Origin: a virus
Lineage: Duplodnaviria; Caudoviricetes
IMG/VR virus record: IMGVR_UViG_3300032320_002936
Location: 1 to 31,514 of that record
Reading direction: 5' to 3' (one strand)
Length of the DNA: 31,514 nucleotides
Part shown: piece by piece, positions 27,612 through 31,514 of the stretch
Layout: each line of letters starts with the position of its first letter
Numbering within the stretch: the first letter of the stretch is position 1
The notes under the pieces: model-generated
Told to the model about the DNA's origin: nothing
Seen by the model: only the letters and a program-made list of their open reading frames with translations
The model's database searches: none
Made by a program: the position numbers and the translations under genes

Positions 27612-27640
27612 AATATATGGAGAGGCTTTCACCTCTCCAA
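27612..27640 (-). promoter_or_regulatory. Putative promoter TTGGA-N18-TATATT (copy 6)
   Basis: Minus strand TTGGAGAGGTGAAAGCCTCTCCATATATT, 9 nt before ATG 27602. Confidence 0.65.
27618..27639 (-). terminator. Strong hairpin directly after groEL
   Basis: TGGAGAGG-TGAAAG-CCTCTCCA 8 bp perfect stem, GAAA loop closed by U.G; no good U tract. Confidence 0.55.
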
Positions 27641-27645
27641 ATTTA

Positions 27646-29286
27646 TTACATCATTCCTTGCATAGGATTGATTTCTTCTTTTTTGTCTTCTTTTTTCTCG
27701 TAAATTACAGATTCGGTTGTTAGGATTGTACCTGCAACTGAAGCTGCGTTTTCTAAAGCAATACGAGTTACTTTTTTAGGATCAATAATACCTGCAGATT
27801 TAAAATCCATTGTTGATAAGTCTTTATAGTTAAGACCATTCCAATTGCTTCCTTTTTCTGAATCAGTTAATTTAGAACCTAGATATTGAACCTCAGTTAA
27901 ATCATGACCTGCATTGGTTAATATTCTTTGGAATGGAGCAGCTGCTGCTCTGTAAACAATTTTCTTACCATTTACAAAATCATTTGAACCTTCAAAAGTA
28001 ATACCTTTACGAGCATATAATAAAGCAGTTCCACCACCAATTACAATACCTTCTTCAAGAGCGGCTTTTGTAGCAAATAAAGCATCTTCTACTCTATCTT
28101 TTTTCTCTTTAATTTCAAGTTCACTATTACCACCTACGTTAATAATAGCTACTCCACCAATCATTTTACCTAAACGCTCTTGTAATTTTTCTTTTTCAAA
28201 TGGTGAACCTGCGTCATCAATTTGTTTTTTAATTTCTTGAGCTCTAGTTTCAATTGCTTCTTCTGATCCTTTACCATCTACAATTGTTGTTTTTTCTTTT
28301 CCAATTGTAGCAGTACGAGAAGTACCTAAACATTGTTTTAAAGTATTAACATCAATTTTTTCTAATTTATGTCCTTTATCTTTAGAAAGAACTTGACCAC
28401 CTGTGATAATAGCTAAATCTTCTAAAGCCATTGTTCTACGATCTCCAAATTCAGGAGCTTTAACTGCTACTACATTTACAATACCTCTCATCTTATTAAC
28501 GATAGTCACGGCTAATGCTTCTCCATCAATATCCTCTGCTACTACTAATAATGCTCGTTTTTCAGTATTAGCTAATGTTAGAGCTGGGATTAATTCTTGA
28601 TGGTTGGTAATTCTACCATTATAAATTAAGATGTAAGGATTATCTAATACAGCGGTCATTGTATTATTATCAGTTACAAAATAAGGTGATTTGTAACCTC
28701 TATCAAATTGCATACCTTCTACAATTTCAAGTGAAGTTTCACCGGATTTTGATTCTTCAATAGCAACAACTCCATCTCTACCTACTTTTTCTAAAGCAGT
28801 AGCAATTAAATTACCAATTTCTACATCATTGTTACCTGAAATAGTAGCAACTTCTTTAATTTGTTGATTGTCCGAAATATCTTCTGTTAGGTTATTAAGA
28901 GTAGTTTTAAGTTCTTCTACAGCGGCATCAATTCCTTTTTTAATTTCAATTGGATTTTGACCTGCACTTACATGTTTCAATCCTTCTTCTAGAATTGCAT
29001 AAGATAATAAAGTTGAAGTAGTAGTACCATCACCTACTTCATTTGCGGATTTAATTGATACTTTTTTTACTAATTCAGCCCCAATTGATTCGATTGGATC
29101 TTCTAGTTCTTTAAATTCTTTAGCTACAGATACACCGTCTTTAGTTACTGTTAATTGACCATAATCTCCTTTGATTAATACTGTTCTACCTGCTGGTCCT
29201 AAGGTAGAAGATACACTATCATTTAGTTTTTTTACTCCTGATAGTAATTTAGTTTTTAATTCTGTTCCGAATGCTGTTTCTGTCAT
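27646..29286 (-). CDS. groEL: Chaperonin GroEL
   Basis: [64 protein letters not shown]. Confidence 0.97.
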   Translation of the reverse strand: MTETAFGTELKTKLLSGVKKLNDSVSSTLGPAGRTVLIKGDYGQLTVTKDGVSVAKEFKELEDPIESIGAELVKKVSIKSANEVGDGTTTSTLLSYAILEEGLKHVSAGQNPIEIKKGIDAAVEELKTTLNNLTEDISDNQQIKEVATISGNNDVEIGNLIATALEKVGRDGVVAIEESKSGETSLEIVEGMQFDRGYKSPYFVTDNNTMTAVLDNPYILIYNGRITNHQELIPALTLANTEKRALLVVAEDIDGEALAVTIVNKMRGIVNVVAVKAPEFGDRRTMALEDLAIITGGQVLSKDKGHKLEKIDVNTLKQCLGTSRTATIGKEKTTIVDGKGSEEAIETRAQEIKKQIDDAGSPFEKEKLQERLGKMIGGVAIINVGGNSELEIKEKKDRVEDALFATKAALEEGIVIGGGTALLYARKGITFEGSNDFVNGKKIVYRAAAAPFQRILTNAGHDLTEVQYLGSKLTDSEKGSNWNGLNYKDLSTMDFKSAGIIDPKKVTRIALENAASVAGTILTTESVIYEKKEDKKEEINPMQGMM

Positions 29287-29288
29287 AA

Positions 29289-29582
29289 TTAATCTGTTAT
29301 AATTGATGGGATTTGTTCTTGTGAAATTATAAGATAATCTACGTTGTCTAATGTAAGTTTTTGTGCACCCATTGGTGGGATTACAACTTTTTGACCTACT
29401 TTTAAATCAGTTGGGATAAACTCACCTCTGTGGTAATTGTATACATCGGATACTGCTATAATTTCAGCTACAAGTAATTTTTCATGTCCTACATCAGGAA
29501 TAATGATATTACCTACCATCATTTCATTTTCTTCTACTTGTTTTAGAATAATACTACCTACTCTTGGTTCTAATTTACTCAT
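29289..29582 (-). CDS. groES: Co-chaperonin GroES
   Basis: 97 aa, LEP..., GNIIIPD mobile loop, LKVGQKV; directly upstream of groEL. Confidence 0.85.
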   Translation of the reverse strand: MSKLEPRVGSIILKQVEENEMMVGNIIIPDVGHEKLLVAEIIAVSDVYNYHRGEFIPTDLKVGQKVVIPPMGAQKLTLDNVDYLIISQEQIPSIITD

Positions 29583-29877
29583 GGTTAATTAAATTTTTTA
29601 AATTGTTTAAAGTTGTTTCTAATTCTGTAATGTACTCTTTGATAGTATAAGTTGATTTTTTTTCTAAAACTTGATCTTTAACTATTTTTCTTAAAGCATT
29701 AGGTAATTGTGTATAATAACCTACTATCTTTTCTTTTTTAGTTTCAGGTTCAGTAAAAACTAAATTATAACTATCTTCATCAAAGATAATTTTGTAATTC
29801 CCCATAGCTGGGTCTTCAATCGTTGATCTTTTTTTGATTGTGCCTTTTTGTCGGCCTTTGAAATTTAAATTTGCCAT
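29575..29877 (-). CDS. Hypothetical phage protein, first gene of the groES-groEL unit
   Basis: 100 aa, VGYYTQLPNALRKI motif, overlaps the groES start. Confidence 0.65.
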   Translation of the reverse strand: MANLNFKGRQKGTIKKRSTIEDPAMGNYKIIFDEDSYNLVFTEPETKKEKIVGYYTQLPNALRKIVKDQVLEKKSTYTIKEYITELETTLNNLKNLINHE

Positions 29878-29900
29878 AACTTTTCTTATTTGTTTCGTGT

Positions 29901-29929
29901 AATATACGAAAGATTTTTTGGGTATCCAA
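29901..29929 (-). promoter_or_regulatory. Putative promoter TTGGA-N18-TATATT (copy 7)
   Basis: Minus strand TTGGATACCCAAAAAATCTTTCGTATATT, 23 nt before ATG 29877. Confidence 0.7.
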
Positions 29930-29939
29930 ACAAAACTTA

Positions 29940-30430
29940 ACCTAAGGGCGTAAGGTTATTATTTTATTTTTATTGATTTTGGTTTTGCTTTTTCAGCAAT
30001 AGGGATAGAAATTTCTAGCAAACCATTTTCTAGTTTTGCTAACGCTAAAGATAAGTCATACTTAGCTGAGATTTTATAACCTAAATTAAAGGATTTTTTA
30101 GATAATCCTCTGTGAATTGTTCCAGGGTGAAGTTCTTTATCTTCTTCTGGTTTGTCATAACTAATTTTTAGAATATCATCTTCGATATCTAATTTAACAT
30201 CATCTTTAGAAAGACCCGTACACGCTACTTCAAAATGAAGTCCTGCATCGTCATAAAAGATATTTAAAGGATGGGGTTGTTTTGTGGTTGCTGCTGAACC
30301 GAATCCACTTGTAGGGTAAAAGAAGTTGTGGAATAGAATGTCAAATTCATTAAAGTTTGTACTCATATTGATTTACGTTTTGTGAGTGCTTTAGCTACTC
30401 GTTATTAAATGATTTAAAGTGCCCTTAGGT
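29940..30430. repeat. 10 bp perfect inverted repeat (ACCTAAGGGC 29940-29949 / GCCCTTAGGT 30421-30430) flanking hsp20
   Basis: Exact reverse complements, both intergenic. Confidence 0.7.
29959..30366 (-). CDS. Small heat shock protein Hsp20/IbpA family
   Basis: PLNI, EVACTGLSKDDV, HRGLSKKSF, AKLENGLLEISIP, C-terminal IKI (IxI). Confidence 0.92.
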   Translation of the reverse strand: MSTNFNEFDILFHNFFYPTSGFGSAATTKQPHPLNIFYDDAGLHFEVACTGLSKDDVKLDIEDDILKISYDKPEEDKELHPGTIHRGLSKKSFNLGYKISAKYDLSLALAKLENGLLEISIPIAEKAKPKSIKIK

Positions 30431-30448
30431 CATTTGTCATAAATATTA

Positions 30449-31171
30449 TTACTCATGTAAAGCCACAAGAAAATATTCAGACTTTACTCCTGCTTCTTCT
30501 AAATTAACTTTCAATAAACCATCTTTATAAAGATATGCTTTACCAACTGCATCTTTATTTACAGAAATAATTTCTCTAAAATTATTAGCACTAAATGCTA
30601 CAGATTTGATTTTATTAATAATGTTACCCGGTTCAGAAAAATTAACTTTATTTGAATAAGATGATTTTTCACCAATTATAAAACCAACAACATCCTCTTT
30701 TTGAAAATCCTTAGTTATTCCTATTTCAAAACGAGGTGGTTTATCTAATGCATTGTGTGCTTTAATATATTTTTGAGTAAAATCAAAATTAATATCAAAT
30801 TCTAAATCATGTGGTGGTAAATTTGGAGCTACACCTGGGTCCTGAATTAATCCTAAGTCACTTAAATTATAAGATAAATCAAATTGGTTATCACTAATGT
30901 GAAGTTTTAGAAAATGGTTACCTTGTTTTTCTAATTTTAATTCAATGTAATCGTTTGTAATATTAAGTAGTTTAAGCAATTGACCAGTATTAAAAATACC
31001 AATCTCGCAGTCTTCTAAGGTTATAGGCGCAGTAACTTCTCCGATACAATCCTTATTGTCGACTGCAAATTTAATGTGAGCTTCGTTGTTTTTAACCTTA
31101 AATTTAACTTGAGATGTTAATCCGTTTAAATAAAAACTTTCAATTATTTGTGCTAATATTTTTTTATCCAT
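30449..31171 (-). CDS. DNA polymerase sliding clamp (T4 gp45/PCNA-like)
   Basis: 240 aa beta-rich protein, IGIFNTGQLLKLL and C-terminal GLLKV...EYFLV; between polymerase and clamp loader. Confidence 0.7.
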   Translation of the reverse strand: MDKKILAQIIESFYLNGLTSQVKFKVKNNEAHIKFAVDNKDCIGEVTAPITLEDCEIGIFNTGQLLKLLNITNDYIELKLEKQGNHFLKLHISDNQFDLSYNLSDLGLIQDPGVAPNLPPHDLEFDINFDFTQKYIKAHNALDKPPRFEIGITKDFQKEDVVGFIIGEKSSYSNKVNFSEPGNIINKIKSVAFSANNFREIISVNKDAVGKAYLYKDGLLKVNLEEAGVKSEYFLVALHE

Positions 31172-31172
31172 T

Positions 31173-31514
31173 TTATGAGAATGTAAAGAATTTATGTATT
31201 AATGGGTTTGCAGGTGGTAATGACCATTCTAGATCATCATAAAAACCTTGTAATTTATTTTGTAATATAGTTTCAAAACTTTTACCTCTATCAATATATT
31301 CATTAATAAAGTCTTTAATTTTATCTGAAAGATCAAATTCTAAAAAAGCAATTGCTTCTATATTATAAGGATTATTTTTTAAATAAACCCATTTTACTTT
31401 ATCACCTTGTACAATTTGACTATGTTTAGAATCTAACTGCCAAAATCTTAGTAAATCATTGTGTTTAATAGATGCTTTAACAGATGCACCTGCCCCAGGT
31501 TTTATCTCAGATAA
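31173..31514 (-). CDS. Family B DNA polymerase, C-terminal part (partial, runs off the window)
   Basis: Not in the ORF track; my translation: ...VKASIKHNDLL...IVQGDKVKWVYLKNNP...YIDRGKSFETILQNKLQGFYDDLEW...IHKFFTFS*, matching the gp43-like thumb and an aromatic clamp-binding tail. Confidence 0.8.
   Translation of the reverse strand, partial: LSEIKPGAGASVKASIKHNDLLRFWQLDSKHSQIVQGDKVKWVYLKNNPYNIEAIAFLEFDLSDKIKDFINEYIDRGKSFETILQNKLQGFYDDLEWSLPPANPLIHKFFTFS

Noticed and set aside
1526-28600. Nine short plus-strand ORFs in the track (1526, 2051, 5787, 6917, 13108, 22320, 22650, 27538, 28403)
   Set aside because: All lie antisense to well-supported minus-strand genes, have no recognisable motifs and look like shadow ORFs
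30380-30402. CIRCE-like half sites upstream of hsp20 (GAGTAGCTAA / AAGCACTC)
   Set aside because: The halves are in reverse order with no 9 nt spacer, so this is not TTAGCACTC-N9-GAGTGCTAA; better read as an RNA hairpin
1-31514. Cellular (bacterial or archaeal) chromosome, suggested by groEL, panB, rfb and RFC-like genes
   Set aside because: T4-like polymerase/clamp/clamp-loader order, DUF3310, many small ORFans, single-strand dense packing and one promoter motif shared across all blocks indicate a phage; no structural hallmark gene is in the window, so this remains an inference
1-31514. Stop-codon recoding, tRNAs, introns or inteins
   Set aside because: TAA, TAG and TGA all end genes at sensible positions, most recognisable enzymes are full length without insertions, and intergenic gaps are too short or lack a cloverleaf

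Overview
AT-rich, densely packed 31.5 kb segment of a large dsDNA bacteriophage with T4-like replication genes; every credible gene is on the minus strand. In transcription order (right to left) it holds four blocks. (1) Replication and chaperone genes: C-terminus of a family B DNA polymerase, sliding clamp, Hsp20, GroES, GroEL, two clamp-loader subunits, DUF3310 and a Cas4-like PD-(D/E)xK nuclease. (2) A small ribbon-helix-helix-like gene. (3) An ~18 kb glycan locus (6364-24548) with about 8 glycosyltransferase-like genes, a nucleotidyltransferase-HAD phosphatase-kinase fusion, RfbH/DdhC 3-dehydrase, RfbB-type 4,6-dehydratase, a miniaturised split ThDP E1alpha/beta pair, a YerE-like ThDP enzyme, a PanB homologue, an SDR and a methyltransferase. 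(4) Small phage genes: an HNH-like protein lacking its catalytic residues, a SWIM protein, DUF4494, thioredoxin, an OmpA-like-domain protein and a GH73 lysin. The best candidate for an undescribed system is a phage-encoded pathway for an acyl-branched 3,6-dideoxy sugar, in which PanB may supply a hydroxymethylated keto-acid donor. Non-coding signals read directly from the sequence: a 7-copy fixed-spacing motif TWGGM-N18-TATATT resembling the Bacteroidota -33/-7 promoter (three copies have a hairpin written into the spacer), a second upstream motif ATATTTAT, and a GC-rich inverted repeat bracketing hsp20. All family calls come from motif recognition by eye; no database search was run.
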